Assembly (NCBI GenBank): GCA_951406725.2
Contig: OX597820.1
Span: 71,300,001 to 71,364,000, forward strand
DNA length: 64,000 nucleotides
Direction: 5' to 3'
DNA from: Octopus vulgaris
Taxonomy: Eukaryota
Part shown: one piece after another, positions 10,785-25,246 of the stretch
Numbering within the stretch: the first letter of the stretch is position 1
Layout: each line of letters opens with the position of its first letter
Made by a program: the position numbers and the translations under genes
Notes under the pieces: model-generated
The model's database searches: none
Seen by the model: the letters and a program-made list of their open reading frames with translations, nothing else
Told to the model about the DNA's origin: nothing

Positions 10785-10945
10785 TGTCATGATTGCATGG
10801 TTAAAATATTTGCTTCTCATCTTCTTGGTTTTGGGTTCACTTTACTTGTGCAGCACCTTGGGCAAAAGTCTCCTACCATAGCCTTGGGTTGACCAAATTC
10901 TTATTTGTAAAATTTGTTTGATTGAGATTGTGGAATCTTTTTAGA
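10785..10945 (+). mobile_element. 5' part of tRNA-derived SINE
   Basis: TGGTTAAAATATTTGCTTCTC...GGGTTCA...CACCTTGGGCAAAAGTCTCCTACCATAGCCTTGGG, the reverse complement of the head of the 7342-7800 family. Confidence 0.6.
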
Positions 10946-11597
10946 CGGCTGATTGGCAGATTTAAATCATTGTTCTGTTAAAATCATAAGCATTTAGATA
11001 AGGTCCCTAATCTGATGATATCTCCCTCCTTTCCTTCTCTAGCCCTGAATGACCTGAATGATGGTTGTAGCTACTGTCCGTCTTTGACTAAATTGTAAAA
11101 CAATAATAATTGGTATATAAAACAATAGCTAATTTAAATGTATGTTGGTTGGTTGATTTCTGCAGTCACCCTTTACATTGTGTAGGGAGAGGAAGAGAGA
11201 GAATTAAAGAGAGATACAGTGTGAGTTAACATAAGAGGTGCAGGATGATTCACATATGAGGTTTGATGGCAGACATTGAGTAAAAAAATGATATACACAT
11301 ACATATACACACGATGAGAGAGATATAGTGTCAGAAGAGAAGAGGGAGTAAATGACTGAGTAGTTACAGGTGAAGTTATAGAAATGAAAAACAAATAATA
11401 AAATTAATTTTATTTAATGTTAAGATGACAAATATTTTTCTTTTGAAAATTATTATTTATTTCACCATTTTATTTAAGCTGTAAGAAATTTGATAAAAGT
11501 TGATTATAATTATTGTATAAATGCCATAATTCCTAATATAAAATATGATGGCAAAAATATACTTCCAGAATTACCTGTCATATGATGGTTAACACTT

Positions 11598-11672
11598 TAG
11601 TAGTAATAGTAGTAGTAGTAGTAGTAGTAGTAGTAGCAGTAGCAGCACCAGCAGTAGTAGTAATAGTAGTAA
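11598..11672. repeat. (TAG)n/(CAG)n trinucleotide repeat
   Basis: Directly visible. Confidence 0.9.
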
Positions 11673-12105
11673 TTTTAGCACAAGGCCAGTAATTTTAGGG
11701 GAAGGGGTTTAGATGATGGCATCAACCCTAGTACTTGACTGGTATTTAACTCTGAATGGATGAAAGGCAAAGCTGAGCTCAGTAGCATTTGAAGTCAATG
11801 TAAATAACTTGAAAAAATGGTGCTAAGCATTGTGTCCAGTGTGCTTAAGAATCTGCCAGCTTGCTGCCTTAATAATAATGATACTGGTTTCTAGTTTAAG
11901 TACAAAGCCAACAATTTTGAAGGTAGGGTGGGGAGTAGTTCATATCATCAACTCCAATACATGATTGATGCTTTGTTTTATCAACTCTGGATGGATGAAA
12001 TGTAAAATTAGATCTCCACAAAATTTGAACTTAGAATGTAAAGTGTTGGAACTAATACTGCAAGCTGTTTTTTTTCCCAATACACTAATGATTTTGCTAA
12101 TGCTC
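11673..12105 (-). mobile_element. Two tandem decayed CORE-type SINE copies
   Basis: GCACAAGGCC...GGATGAAAGGCAAAG...GCATTTGAA, twice. Homologous to the better copy at 56597-56812. Confidence 0.6.
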
Positions 12106-14499
12106 ACACACACATACATGCACATTCAAATACACCCACACAAAGATACAAATATCTTTATATGTTAACCCACATGTCTGCACAGGCACACACATAAACA
12201 AATTTAAATATGTAAATGAAAAAATAGTTCTCTTGTTAGCTTTAATGAAGATTACTGCAACAGCTTTTTTATGACTAGCAGAGCTATTGACTAACTGAAA
12301 TCCTGTGTAAGTGACAATTGTATGAACACTTGTGTATTTAATATATTTTGAAGGTGGGATAAGATTGTATATTTGAATTACAATCTACCTGACAGGCTTT
12401 CACCTGTTTATCATCTTCTGACTTTCTTCAAAAGGTTGATCTTAAGCTATGTCAGAAGGTGAGTATTAAACAGTGGGATTAGACCTGAGCACCTTATGAT
12501 TATGAAGCAAATTTCATGACCATTTGGCCATGCTTTGTCCTTATCTATTTGTCTGTTTATGCATAGACAAGATTGCAGAAATTAACAATCTGCTTAGTGA
12601 TAATACTAATTTCTCAGGATTCAGAAAGACAACACTGCTCAATTAAAAGTTAAAATTAAATCAATTTCTGCTTCAAACAAACAATATGATCTACTCCATT
12701 TCTCCACATTGAAGAATTCACTTGAGCGTATATTTATGGAACAGTGAAAATGCACTAACAGTACAGTTTTCTATTCAATAATTTTACAAACATACACACC
12801 AACACATCCGATTGCTAAACATTACATAACATTATCAACAATAAACACCAGTGAGATACAGCATATGTTTATCTGATAGGTTCCTGGGGATCTTAAATGG
12901 TATAAACCAAATAGGCAATATATCTACCTTACAACTGAAAAGAGGAAAATAGAAATTAATTCTGAGAGAAAATAATATCATTAGATTAGTTGGGAATGGT
13001 AATAAGTTTGGTTTTGAATTTTAGTGATGTGCCAAAAGTTATAATCATATACAATATAACAATAGAAACTTTGAAATATTTTATTAATTAATCATATTTT
13101 AGTTTTTGATTACAATTGAATGATTATTCAGTATAAACATTTGGTTTTGGCATATCATATGTATATAATTTAAAATAATATATGAACAAATTGAAAACAA
13201 TTCCTGATTAATTATTTTAATTGTCTAGCTTCGAAAATCAATCAGGCCTGCTTTATCTCTCAAGCACTTACTTCCACCAAAGAATTTTAATTTCTGTTTA
13301 ATTAGCTACTGTGTTGAGTTCAAATCAGGCTGAAGCTGACTTAGCCTTATCTACAGTCTGAGTACTGCAAAGATCTATAACATAGTGAATTTCAATCCAT
13401 TAGATGTAGAACTACTGTCAAACATGGTTACTCTTCTTTTTTTTTAACAATTTAAATAAAGAGTTCACATGATAAATTGTATGTTTATACTCAATATCAA
13501 ATGATGATCAATGCATAGAAAGATATGAAATTAATATACTGAAGGAAAGAAGCACTTATTCATGTAAATTAGTTTTTTAGAGCACTAAATGTTTCCATTA
13601 TTTGATTCCAAACTCGCAATGGATGCTAAGTTTTGTTTGCTTTTTTATCAAACTGAAACCAATGATATTTTTTGTTCATTATGAATAGTCTTAAATAATG
13701 ACTAGTTATGTAGTTCAGAAACTAATTTGTATTTAGAAAGTTATTTGTAATTATGATTTCCTTTATAACAAGTCTTTCGTTATTCATTTAGGTAAGAGAG
13801 CCTTGCAGTTATGATGTTAAAGAAATTAGAAGTTGCTCTGTTTAATATTTTCATAAGTTGTTTACATAGGAAGTCTGTTTCAACAACTCAAAGAAACAGC
13901 CATGGATCTCAAGAAATTAGCACTTCATCAAATATCTATTGTTCTAATACTGAAAATAGGAAAAAGTTTACACTGTACTATAGTACTAAAGGATTTTAGC
14001 CAATACAGCATATGTAGACAGATATGAACACCTTGCATTATATTCAATATTTTTGTGGACAAAGTCAAGAAAAAGAAATTCACTCTAGTAATTTATAAAC
14101 ATATAAAGAATTGGCTTGGTAAACACTTCACTGAAGTTTCCCAGAGTATTGAGATCATAATACAATCACATTCAAGACTGGAAGTGATAATCATAAAGAT
14201 GGCTGTAAAAAGTATCTTAAATCTGTGAAGATCAACCACTGATTAGCAAAACTATATCTAAAGACTTGAAGAAAATGTGAAATATAGCTATAACATAGGT
14301 TGGCTGTTATAAAGATTTGATAGCTTCTCCAGCTCAAAGATTTTAGAAACATTAGACGTAAGCATAGAGGCACCAGTGGTATGCAGGTATATCAAGCATG
14401 CTGTAAGTTAAATAGGAAACTATTTCTCTAGCCAAGACAAACAATAGAATAATAAGAGCAAAGTTAATTTCTGTAGGAAAAAGAATATCTCAAAGGGAT

Positions 14500-15350
14500 A
14501 GTCTTTCTTTGCTCTTCATCAGTTTGACACTATAGTACCTCTAAATAAAATGCTACACCAGCATTGAAATGATTAGAGGTATTATGGTGATAATTAATGC
14601 TACTGTATATGAATGAACGCACGCAATATGCAAGAGTTGAAAAATTACTGGAAATTCTTAAGAGAGGTGTAGAATGGTTCAATGAGTTGAATTGCTGTAA
14701 GAAGTGAAATAATCTAACCATGTCAGACGTTAGTCTTTCTTTAGGAAAAGGAAGAAAAAGAAAGTGTGTGTGTGTTACTGGCAAGGTTGAAAAATTGTAC
14801 ATGAGAAAATGAAATAAGGGAGTGATATGCGGAGGTAGATGTAGAGAAAGAGGTGGGAAAGCCAGTAAGAGATGATGTAGGTAGTATAACTAGGAAGAAA
14901 GTAAAGTGTGAGGGAAGAGTGCTCAAAATTTGTAACTCGTTGAAAGTTGAGAGAGGTGTAAAAAGCTAGGTCAAGTACTGTGTGCCAAAAGGGCACACAG
15001 TAACAAAGAAACACGTACTGAAGAGAAGAGGAAGGGGAAAGTGAATGCTAGTGGTAAACAAACAAGAGACTGTAAGGAATCTGTGGTGATGGTCAAAATC
15101 ATAAAGAAGTCCAAGTAGCTGAGGGCTGAAATAATAAACAGAACAGTAATGAAGCACACTAACTAATAAAATTTGAATATATGCCACACAATATATATAA
15201 TAATATGCACAATGAATGTACAAAACTGAATGTGTCACAATGCAAATAATGGCCACACACCAATCAAAACAGTTCTTGAGGTGGGAAGAGCTAAAAGTGA
15301 GAGAGACTCAGAAAGTTGAAGCATGTACATAGGCTCTCTGGGGAAGAGGT
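14500..15350 (-). mobile_element. Decayed LINE endonuclease remnant (CR1/Jockey-like)
   Basis: Minus-strand traces such as YDFDHHH (GDFN-HH-like) and LDLAF. Heavily mutated. Confidence 0.3.
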
Positions 15351-16260
15351 ATCCCTCTCATTTTTTACTCTGGGTGTGAGCAGAAATTTGTGTACAAATT
15401 TTATTTCTCTTTGCTAAGTAAATGTGCAGGTAACTATCTTCAATTAAAAGAAACGTGATTTCATTTTGAAACCTTATCTGCACATATTTCCCTTCATATG
15501 TTAGTTGTAAAATGCATGTGCATGCAAAAATGCACAGCTTAGAAAAATTTGGCAAAGACTCTGGGTGTTAAAAATGGGACAAAATAAATGTACCAAGGCT
15601 ACTTTGAAGAGTGGATGACTCATAAAAATCAATATCTTTTTTGATGCTGCAACAAAAGAATTAGTCTGAAGAAAAATACTTAAGAATCAGTAAATTAAAT
15701 AAAATGCAACACGCGTAAGTAAAATCATATGCCAGGAAAGAATTTAGATGTTTTAGATTAATACTTGAGTGAACTAATTGTTGAAAATATGATCTTAGGT
15801 GTCCAACTTTGTAGTTGTTCCAATCATATACTATAATTATTTTATATTCAAACAGAAATTAAGTAAATTTGTACAAATAGACAGATAAAACAAGAAAAAA
15901 TAATTACAGTATTTAAGCTACATCACATACAGTATTTAAAATAATTCAGACAGAATAAATTTAACACAAGCACATGATTGTAGAGGTCATCTGCAGTAGA
16001 AAAATATTGTAAAATAACTACTATGGGATTACAAGAATATCTAATAGAGAATCAATGCAGCCAATACAAATATCTATAAATGTGTTTGGAACATGTTTTG
16101 TCTTTAGAGAGGCCAATGGGTATAAAAAGGAAATGTATGTATCAGACAGCATTAGAGCAACAAAAGAATCTATAAAAAAAACAATAAAAATATTTGGGAA
16201 AAAAGAAAGAAGTAACTTTTAATATAAAATGTTATGTGGTAGAAACTAGAAAATTTCTTA

Positions 16261-17070
16261 TACAGGGATCCACTTTATTATGAAAACTCTAGTTATGGAA
16301 TTCCACACTTAAGGACATTGTAAAGTAAGACCGAATTTTGAGATGTGGCTGATGATTGTGTCGTTATGGAAGCTTGAGTAAGGTAAACTTTAAAAAAAAT
16401 TTAAGTTGTGATGTGTGTATAAAAAAGATACATTATTTTTTAGAAATACTATTTGATCTGGATTGTGTGTCTGTTGCTGCTGCTGTGCAGATTTTTGCCT
16501 ATTGCTGTTGCTGCTGGATTTAACTTTTACAAATGTATAGTATAGTGTTTTACCCTTCAAGGTGACATAAAAGCAGTCATCAGGTGGTGGAGGTGAAGGC
16601 AAAATGGAGAAGGGATTATGTAAATGTTTTAAAAAGGTTCGATGTGTGAGAGAAACTCAGCCACGTTGCATTTGTGACACAAAAGACAAAATTAGCAAAG
16701 ATTTCATGCAGATACTTCAGTAGCTATCTAACCATTGTTTTCTCATAGGCATGATGTGATTCTTAACATGGAATGGCTCCTGAATGTGTGGGTAAATGAT
16801 CAAGCAGGATGTAATTTGCTGATAAGCAAATGAAGGCTAAAAATATTTTTCTTGTTTATTCCTTAATGTATTCTTCTTAATTTTTTTATTTATACTATGT
16901 TGTATGCATTTAAAATAGTTATTTTCATGCATAAAAATGGTTCTATTTTATGCTTTGTTTTTTCTGAAAAATCTTTTGTGGATGCACATCTAAAACTATA
17001 ATATGGAAGTCAATGGGAAGATAGGTTTTGCATTACAAAATTTGCCAAAACCAAATGCATATACAGGCAT
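16261..17070 (+). mobile_element. Tigger/pogo-like remnant (CENP-B HTH fragment)
   Basis: TA-CAGGG start. Translation MEWLLNVWVNDQAGCNLLIS (~16769-16830) resembles the Tigger MEKLL--W--DQ motif. Confidence 0.45.
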
Positions 17071-18296
17071 GACAAATTTACTAGATGCATGCTTTGGAAA
17101 TTCTCTGACTAGAGACATAATCTACAAAATGTCTTTGAAAGTGTATATGAAACCATGTTCTGAGGCATGCCAAGTATAACTTCAAAATTTTCTTGCCAAA
17201 CACAAACAAGTTTTCTAGATACATCAGTTCCACTATACTACAATATATCACAAGAGGAATTGTAGAAATTTTCTAAATACAGATCTCTGAAAATAACTAT
17301 CCTGAATGTGGGAGATGCGAAAAGAAAATAATTCTATGGTACTAGATATGTTAGGATTGATATAAAGATTAATAAATATATAACCAAAATTGTTCTCATT
17401 CATACAACATGAAAAAGAAATACCCCAGATAATAGAAATTATCAATGCAATAGAAATTATGCATTTAATATAGACACAAATGTTACATACAACCATGTTA
17501 TGCATATAAGAACCACAGAATGTGTATACTTGATAATGCATTGAAAGAGCACAGTATATGAGATAATACTTTATGTAAAACATAGTAAATTCTTATATAG
17601 ACACAAAGCCAGAAAACTGGGGATCAAAAAATTAGATTATCAAATCATCCTAGTTCTTGACTACCTTTCAAAGTAGATTGGATAAAATACCATTTCCCCT
17701 CAACAGGTTTTGAACTCAGAATATAAAAATCTGCTCCTGAATACTTCTTGTCATTTTTCCTGTCTTTCTAATGGTTCTGCTAATCCACCTCTGAGGTAAT
17801 AATTGTGACAATGATAGTAATTATATTGAGAATACTTCTTGATTTGTGTTAGGTTTATAAGGGAGTGGGAATGAAAAGTTGTGATGTATAAAATTTCCCT
17901 AAAACATTAGAATATTGACAATTTGAGAACAAAAGATTGACTGCATTCTTAGTTTGAACATAAAAAAGTTTTTTTTTGAATACCTATAGAACTACTACAT
18001 AGAAAATGAAAAAATCAGGATTTGAGGAAACTGGTGATGATCTGCATCAACATTAATTAGTTCAAAGAAGGGTTTATAGTTCAACTGTTGAGAGGAAATG
18101 TCTTAAAATTACTTCTGGCCACAGAGAATGGACTATTTCACATTATCTGAAGTTAGCACCTGTAGGAACATGTAAATTTAATAGAGCTTGGCCTTCTGGA
18201 GAATATTTGTGAATCTAATGTGACTGCAGTTAGAAGAAATTGGAAAGGAAAAAGAATATCAAGCTCTTTTGACAAAGCATAGAATCAATTTTCCTA

Positions 18297-18700
18297 GCAG
18301 GCTCAGGCTTGCATTTATGGTTAAGAAGTTAACTTCTCAACCAAGTGATTTCAAGTTCATTTCTGCTGTGTGACTCTGCGAGAAAATGTCTTACACACTA
18401 GCCTTGGGCTGATGAATGTCCTGTGAATGAAATTAGTAGATAAAAACTATGGAAGCCAGTTGTGTGTGTCTTCCAATTTGTGCCTTGACATTGCTTATGC
18501 ACTGGGTAAAACAATGCCATCGCATAGGCATTATCATTGTTTGTCTGCCATAAAAATATGTCTATCCGTTGAACAGTTTGTCATTCAAAGCAGCAGAGGA
18601 AACAAAGGTTAGTGACAGGGAGGGTGTCCAGCTCAAAAAGTCTTGTCTAACCCATGCCAGTTTGAGAAAAGTGGACATAAAAATGATGATGATGATGTAT
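18297..18700 (+). mobile_element. tRNA-derived SINE with RTE-type (GAT)n tail
   Basis: tRNA-like head TGGTTAAGAAGTT...GTTCA. 3' part GGGAGGGTGTCCAGC...ACCCATGCCAG...AAAATGATGATGATG. Similar to 58130-58465. Confidence 0.65.
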
Positions 18701-20199
18701 TACTAATCAAGATGACTGTTTTATAGTTAGTATTTATTTTAATGTTACTAATGGATTAAAGTCAAAATAAAATCTTGTATTATTTAAAATCAGAATGTAA
18801 TTATTTGAAAGTAAGTATTATAACTCATTTAGTCTTACCACTTTACTATTGTTGCCAATTTTCACTGTTGGAAGCAAATTTTTGCTAATGTTCTTATCCA
18901 TAGGAAAGAAAAATCTTGTAAAATTTACTATTTGTGACTGTCTGTTTCTCTAAAGAAATATATAATATAATCAAGAGAAAGGGTATAAGAAAGGACAATA
19001 ATAATTTACTTGGATTCTTCTGTTTTCCCAACATTTAGTGCCTGGTGTCTTCTAGTTTGCAAGATCTATTGATAAATGAATAAGAGTGCTATTTAGATAT
19101 TGAGAGCTGATCAAATTTTAATGGTCACTATTAAAACATTTTAGAACTAAAAATATCAATGATGTTTTTAAGTCAAGATCATTACTGTCAAAAGCCACTT
19201 ATGCTTATTTTCATACTATAAAGTAAATTTTGCAAAATTCAGTTTATTTCAAAGTTAAGCATTTTCTTTTTCATTATTTTTGATACTGAACTATTTTTTG
19301 CAACTATCTTCAATGTTAATACTATATACCCAAAGTCAATAGAGACTACTTGTTCACATTTCTTATTTTCTTTAAATCTCTTATCTTATTTGAATGTTTT
19401 ACAATTCACTTATTTTGTCATTTAAATTGTTTGTTCTTGCATAGTTTGTATAGATGAAATAACTAATTTTCCCAAGGAAGTATTTTCTTGTAAAAATTAG
19501 CAATTAATTATGACTATAAAGCAAGGAAATTTTGGCATTGTTGCTAAAGATATGATGTTTTAAATATAACGTATTAAAATTTACTTGATGTTTCACCCTT
19601 CTTTTCAATGCTTTTAGTTTATTTTTGCGTTACATAGATAGTTTGAAGCATAGAGTATTTGAATAATGAAGAAATCTTTTGTTTTTTTTTGTTAAAAAAA
19701 ATGCTACCACAGATGTGTATGACGTTTTCTTCATTTTATATCTCAAAAGAAGAATGGGTGTTACCTTATGTTAGTGAATAAATTTCATTTATGAGAAAAT
19801 CACATAGATTTATCATCAGTTGATTTGTGAGAAATCCATATGGTTGTTAACTTATTGAATGTCAGATGATTAGCTATTCCAATTCTAACAACGACTTCAA
19901 GGTTGATGAAAGTACAGTGATTTGATTGCTAATAATGTTACCTTGCAAAATATTTTGTCTCAAATGTATGAACACACACACACACATAAAGAGAGGGACT
20001 GTCTTTGAGGTTAACAATCTGATTTTTTTAATTATAAATCATTGATAATGCTTTAACATGCTTTTCTCTGTGTTTGTACGTGTTGGATAGGGCAGCTGTA
20101 GACCATTACCACTCATCTTGGTCTTTCGTCATCTCGTCTGGAAGGCACAGTTCCTCAGATTGACTATCATGCTTTTCTTTGCTACAAGTTCATTCTATT

Positions 20200-21400
20200 G
20201 TGAACACCTAACACCTTTTAATTTAGTACTCACCAGCTAATAGCATATATTTGTCTCTCCTTCATACATTTGCCAAAGCTGGGTGTATAATATTAACTTG
20301 CATGAAAATTAGAGCACAAATGAACTAAGATAGAAACTAAGCTTCTGGCTGATAACTCTCCTGTGCATTTGTGCCTTTGAAGTGTTAGTCTCTCCTCTAT
20401 CATCTGGCAGTAAATTTGTTGTGTACATGTTAGTTGCACAAGATAACAGCAAAATGTTCCTATTCATTCTTTTTCTACATATTGAGTAAAAGCGATATTG
20501 CAAATGGTGCTGGGTTTTGTGCTCTGTAACTACACAGTACAATGGTATATGCCATCTTCTACTTAAGTTATTGTTGTTTAAATTACTATTAAAGAAGACA
20601 AGATATATCACCAATTGGAATGATCATAGTTTCTGTGTTATAATAAGTAACATAATATTTACATGGAACACTATGAAAATTTCACTCTGAGAGATCTGAA
20701 AAGTGCAAAACTAACCGAGAATTTTGCTCAGATATGTGGATGATACCTTAATTCTGTAGAAGCACCAAAACTATGTCCATGTCATACTGGATAATATGAC
20801 TGCATATAAATCTATACTACTGAAAGGGAAAATATTAGAAGTACTTTGCTGTACATAGAAGTTGCTATCAAATCATTTATGTATCAAAAGCTAACATCCA
20901 TTCAATTCAATATAAATTATGAGCTCAACCACTATTAGTGTTGGGAAAGTTATTGCTATGGTCTGGCTGAGAATTCAAAGTATAACTTCAATATATAATA
21001 TTCGATGTAACATTAAATCAATTTTCAGGATGAACACTGCAATCTGCAGTTCTTTAAACAGAGTTAAATCCACTCAAATGCAGGAAGAATTGAAATCATT
21101 GCATATATAACATGCCAATCAATTGTGGTTGGGTCTACAAAAGGAAATCAGGAAAACACATAAATATTAGAATCATGGAATATCAAAAAGCCAGTAGAAA
21201 GTATAGAAAATAGAAGGTAGAGTTAGAGTATGAAGAATTTAATCTGAGAATCTAATCTGTAAAATTAGTGCCATTGTATCCTAATGTAGCTGCTAGCAAT
21301 GAAAAATGGGTTTAAATAGCTCTTAAATTGTCATGTATTTGTCCTATTTATCTATGGTGTAGTAGATTGAATCTTGTGCAAAATAAAAGTTCATGGAGAT
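20200..21400 (+). mobile_element. Decayed Penelope-like element
   Basis: LRYVDDTLI at ~20727-20753 (Penelope-type YVDD), followed by a degenerate YQK-T...INYE-- thumb region. Confidence 0.5.
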
Positions 21401-21984
21401 GAATATAAATATTATAAATATGACACCTGATGATAAGAGATCAAATCATTTAACTTGCAGTAATTAACAAAAGATGAAAATCTGAGATTAACAGTCTGAG
21501 AAAAATAATTCTGTCAGTACTAATAACTTAAAACATTTAATTTTCATTCTGAGTTTAAGTTTTTACTTAAAATTCATGTACATCAAAACTGTGTTTTTAT
21601 ATGTGAAGAAGTGAAATTGTTTTATAAAGGAAATATGTCTTTTCTGTAGACTTGCCTCACCAGGAAAATAAAATCAATATTAAAATGCTGTATATTGATA
21701 TATTGGCAGATAAGCATTGGCAGTTGTAGCAACTGAAAAATCAGTAAAGCATAACTCCATACTTCTATACTTTATGCATATATGTTTATATTAGTAGTAG
21801 TGATGATATTAGTAGTTGTACTCTGAGTTTTGCAGACCCAGTTATCATCTTATTAGTGACAATGTATCCCAATATGGCTGCTAGTAATAAAAATGGGTTT
21901 AAATATCACTTAAATTGCCATGCATTTGTACTATTTAACTTTGCTTTAATAGATTAAAGCTTGTGTGAAATAAAAGATCATGGA
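21265..21984 (+). repeat. Imperfect ~133-bp direct repeat (21265-21397 and 21853-21984)
   Basis: TTAGTG(C/A)CA(T/A)TGTATCC...AAAAATGGGTTTAAATA...AAATAAAAG(T/A)TCATGGA occurs twice. Confidence 0.85.
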
Positions 21985-23178
21985 AACATGTAAATGTGAC
22001 AAATCTGTCAAAAGGCTTTTTCTCTATTGCCATTTACCAATAATCTTGTGACAATTTTAAACTAAAGTTGTCATTAGGAATGACTTTGACAGTATACCAT
22101 GGAAATATTTTCAGTATTGTTAATATTTGGTATCTATCACTATTCCTTTGAATTATGAATTCTCATTTTCTATGTACCTTTATGAAATGTGTTAATTAGG
22201 CTCTTTCTAATTTATATCAACCTATTCAGATGATCTGAGTTTTGTTATCTCACATATTATGTATCTTGACATTAATGGCCAACATACAGTTGAAGAATTT
22301 ACATTCAGTATATAGTTTCAACACTTTTTCTAACGTTAAGTTCACACACTTGTTACATTATTTCCTTCTAGTGAGCAAACCTTCTTCAAAACATCCTATA
22401 ATGTGATCATGACAACCTAGTCTTATTCAACTGACATAAAACATTTCATTCTTACTCTTAATCAACATATAATGCAAACCAACAAACTCTTTTTAAATAC
22501 TAGCTTTTATAAGATTGAAGATATGGTGACTGTATATTTTTCACATTAAAAATTTTATTGCAATGACTGGGCTTCCTTTCCTATGTTACAAAGTCTAGCT
22601 TGGAAAAATTAGGATACATTCTACATTACAGTACATTACAGCTTTCACGAGATTTAAAATTCCTTCCATCACCCACATAAAAAAAAAAATGAAAAACATT
22701 TAACAAGCAAACCCTCACAGTAACCCTTTTCAAACATTAGTTCAGTACATTCACCAAGAAATGAGCTGTTCTGTCTCTTTTTAAAATCTGATACATCAGC
22801 TGTCTTGGCTGTGTAAAACATGCTGACTGTATTAATATCTATATTTAAACACACTTGTTGCAGCTGCCCTGTCTATTATTCTCTGTCTTACACAATCCAG
22901 TTCTTTTCAACACATTATGCTTGCTCCTTTTAGTTCAGGACTGTATCATTTTCATACATTTTCTTGTTTCCTTTCAAACAAAATGTGCAAGAATTCAAAC
23001 TGAATATTACTTGCATTACCACCTTTTACCCCTTGTTGTTAATATTCCTCAGCTTAAAAGAGGTTAATATTCCTTAGTTTAGAAGATGCTGGAGTTGCCT
23101 CTTTATCTAATATGATTAAAAAACATACAATTCATGAAGGTACTATATTCTAAGATGTTCAAATCAATCATTAAATTT

Positions 23179-23357
23179 CACACACACACACACACACACA
23201 CACTCTCTCTCTCTCTCACTCATGCACATAGACACTCTCTCACACACCCACATACACACACACACACTCTCTCTCTCACTCATGCACATAGACACTCTCT
23301 TACACCCCCACATACACACCTACCCACCCACTCTCTCTTTCCCATACATGTGTGCAT

Positions 23358-23400
<43 letters not shown>
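23179..23400. repeat. Compound (CA)n/(CT)n/(AT)n microsatellite with an internal 60-bp duplication
   Basis: CTCTCTCACTCATGCACATAGACACTCTCT at ~23211 and ~23271. Confidence 0.85.
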
Positions 23401-23402
<2 letters not shown>

Positions 23403-23703
23403 AACTATGAAAACTGTAATAGTAATGCATATGGGTGAATGTATAGAGATAGATATGTGTGCCAGTATGTGTGTGTGTGTGTATGAACACACACATGTAT
23501 GAAACCATGACATTGGAACATGATGTAAGCAAACTCTTCAAACTGTCCAACCAATGCCAGTATAGAGAATGGACACTAAAAGGTGATGATATATATATCT
23601 GCTTATATGTATTTATGCATGTTTATTTGTGTGTGTATATATATATGTGTTTGTGTGTATGTAGGCATACATGCATATATGCACATGCATACATGAATAT
23701 ACA

Positions 23704-23925
23704 CATCATCATCATCGTTTAACATCCACTTGCCATACTGGCATGGTTTGGACAGTTTAACTGAAGACTGGCAAGCCAAGTGGCTGCACCAAGCTCCAAT
23801 CTTCTCTGGCAAGGTTTCTACAGCTGGATGCCCTTCCTAAGGCCAAGAACTCTGAGTATGTAGTGGTTGCTCTTTTATCTGCCACTGGCATGGGAGTCCA
23901 TGAGGTAGCACTGGCATCAACCATA
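23704..23925 (-). mobile_element. RTE-3'UTR-type short element
   Basis: (CAT)n-CGTTTAACATCC...GGATGCCCTTCCTAA. Confidence 0.75.
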
Positions 23926-24010
23926 TATACTTATCGACATATAAATAATTATATTTATACACATACACATATATATACATGTGTGTGTCTGTATATATAA
24001 AATGTTTATA

Positions 24011-24845
24011 CAGGATGTGGTGAATAAACTGTCACCTAAATTATGCAAAAATGAAAATAACACTGACATCTCATTTTAACAGATATATTTACAAAAATTA
24101 CTTTAAAATATCTTGAAATACTAAATTTATTCAATAACATCTCCATTCACTTCAACCATGGCCTCCAGACAACTCCGGAATCTCCTGCAACTCTTCTGGA
24201 CAGTCTCCTTGTTTAAGTTGGTGAATGCTGCCATAACCCTTGCCTTCAGTTCATCTCTGGTGTTACAAGGAATTTTGTTGGTCTCTTACTCAACTGTGCC
24301 CCACACATAATCAAGGGAGTTGCAATCTGAGGAGTTAGGTGGCCAGATGTTTGGGGTGGTGTGGTTGCAGATATTGCTTGACAGCCATGACTGGGTTCTG
24401 CTGGTGTGGCATGGTTCAGAGTCCGGTTGCCAGACATAGGGTCTTCCAACAGCCACCCTCTTCACCCAGGACAGCACTACGTCCTCCAGACACTTGATGC
24501 AGGCCTTTGTGTTGAGTCTGAGGCTGTGAGGGAAGATGAACAGAGGCATAACATCGCCATCATTAGTGATCACTCCAAACACCATGATATTGACTGGATG
24601 TTTGATTTTTATTACACTCAGTACATGTCCTCAGACTGACACCCAAATACTCTGAAATGTTCATATAGGAGCTTCTGGCATGAATGTCATACAGTACAGC
24701 ATACCATTTCCTAATTTCTGGCTGAGTGAATTGCATTATGGTGCTGTTTTTCTTACAGATGGTGCCCAACTGACCATAATATGCTGTGTAGTTGACAAAA
24801 TCAAAAACAAATAGTGCACATGAACAATTTGCCCATCACACCCTG
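24011..24845 (-). mobile_element. Internally deleted Tc1/mariner-superfamily element (maT/DD37D-like)
   Basis: TA-flanked imperfect TIRs CAGGATGTGGTGAATAAACTGT and ACAATTTGCCCATCACACCCTG. Motifs MVFGVIT-DG, YVWQPDSEPCHTS and WPPNSSDCNSLDY. Confidence 0.85.
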
Positions 24846-24887
24846 TACATATGTATAGACATATTGATACTTATGCGCACATTTATA

Positions 24888-25110
24888 TTCTTGCACTTGT
24901 TTCAGTCATTTGACTGTGACCATGCTAGAGCACCGCCTTTTAGTTGAACAAATCGACCCCAAGACTTATTCTTTGTAAGCCTAGTACTTATTCAATCGGT
25001 CACTTTTGCTGAACCACTAAGTTACGGGGATGTAAACACACCAGCATTGGTTGTCATGGGATGGTGGGGGAGACAAACACAGACACACAATCATACACGC
25101 ATGCACACAC
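24888..25110 (-). mobile_element. 3' part of tRNA-derived SINE
   Basis: TTTCAGTCATTTGACTGTGACCATGCTAGAGCACCGCC...GGGAGACAAACAC, same family as 7342-7800. Confidence 0.75.
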
Positions 25111-25177
25111 ACACATGTATATGTGCATATTCATGTATATCTGTGTGTGAATGTATATACACACACACAGATATATA

Positions 25178-25223
<46 letters not shown>

Positions 25224-25246
25224 TATATATACATATTCCTATATAT

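Noticed and set aside
18405-18440. CTGATGA…GAAA hammerhead-like words
   Set aside because: They fall in a mutated SINE body whose other copies read GGGTTGACCAAA / GGCCAACCAAAGCC; no supporting stems.
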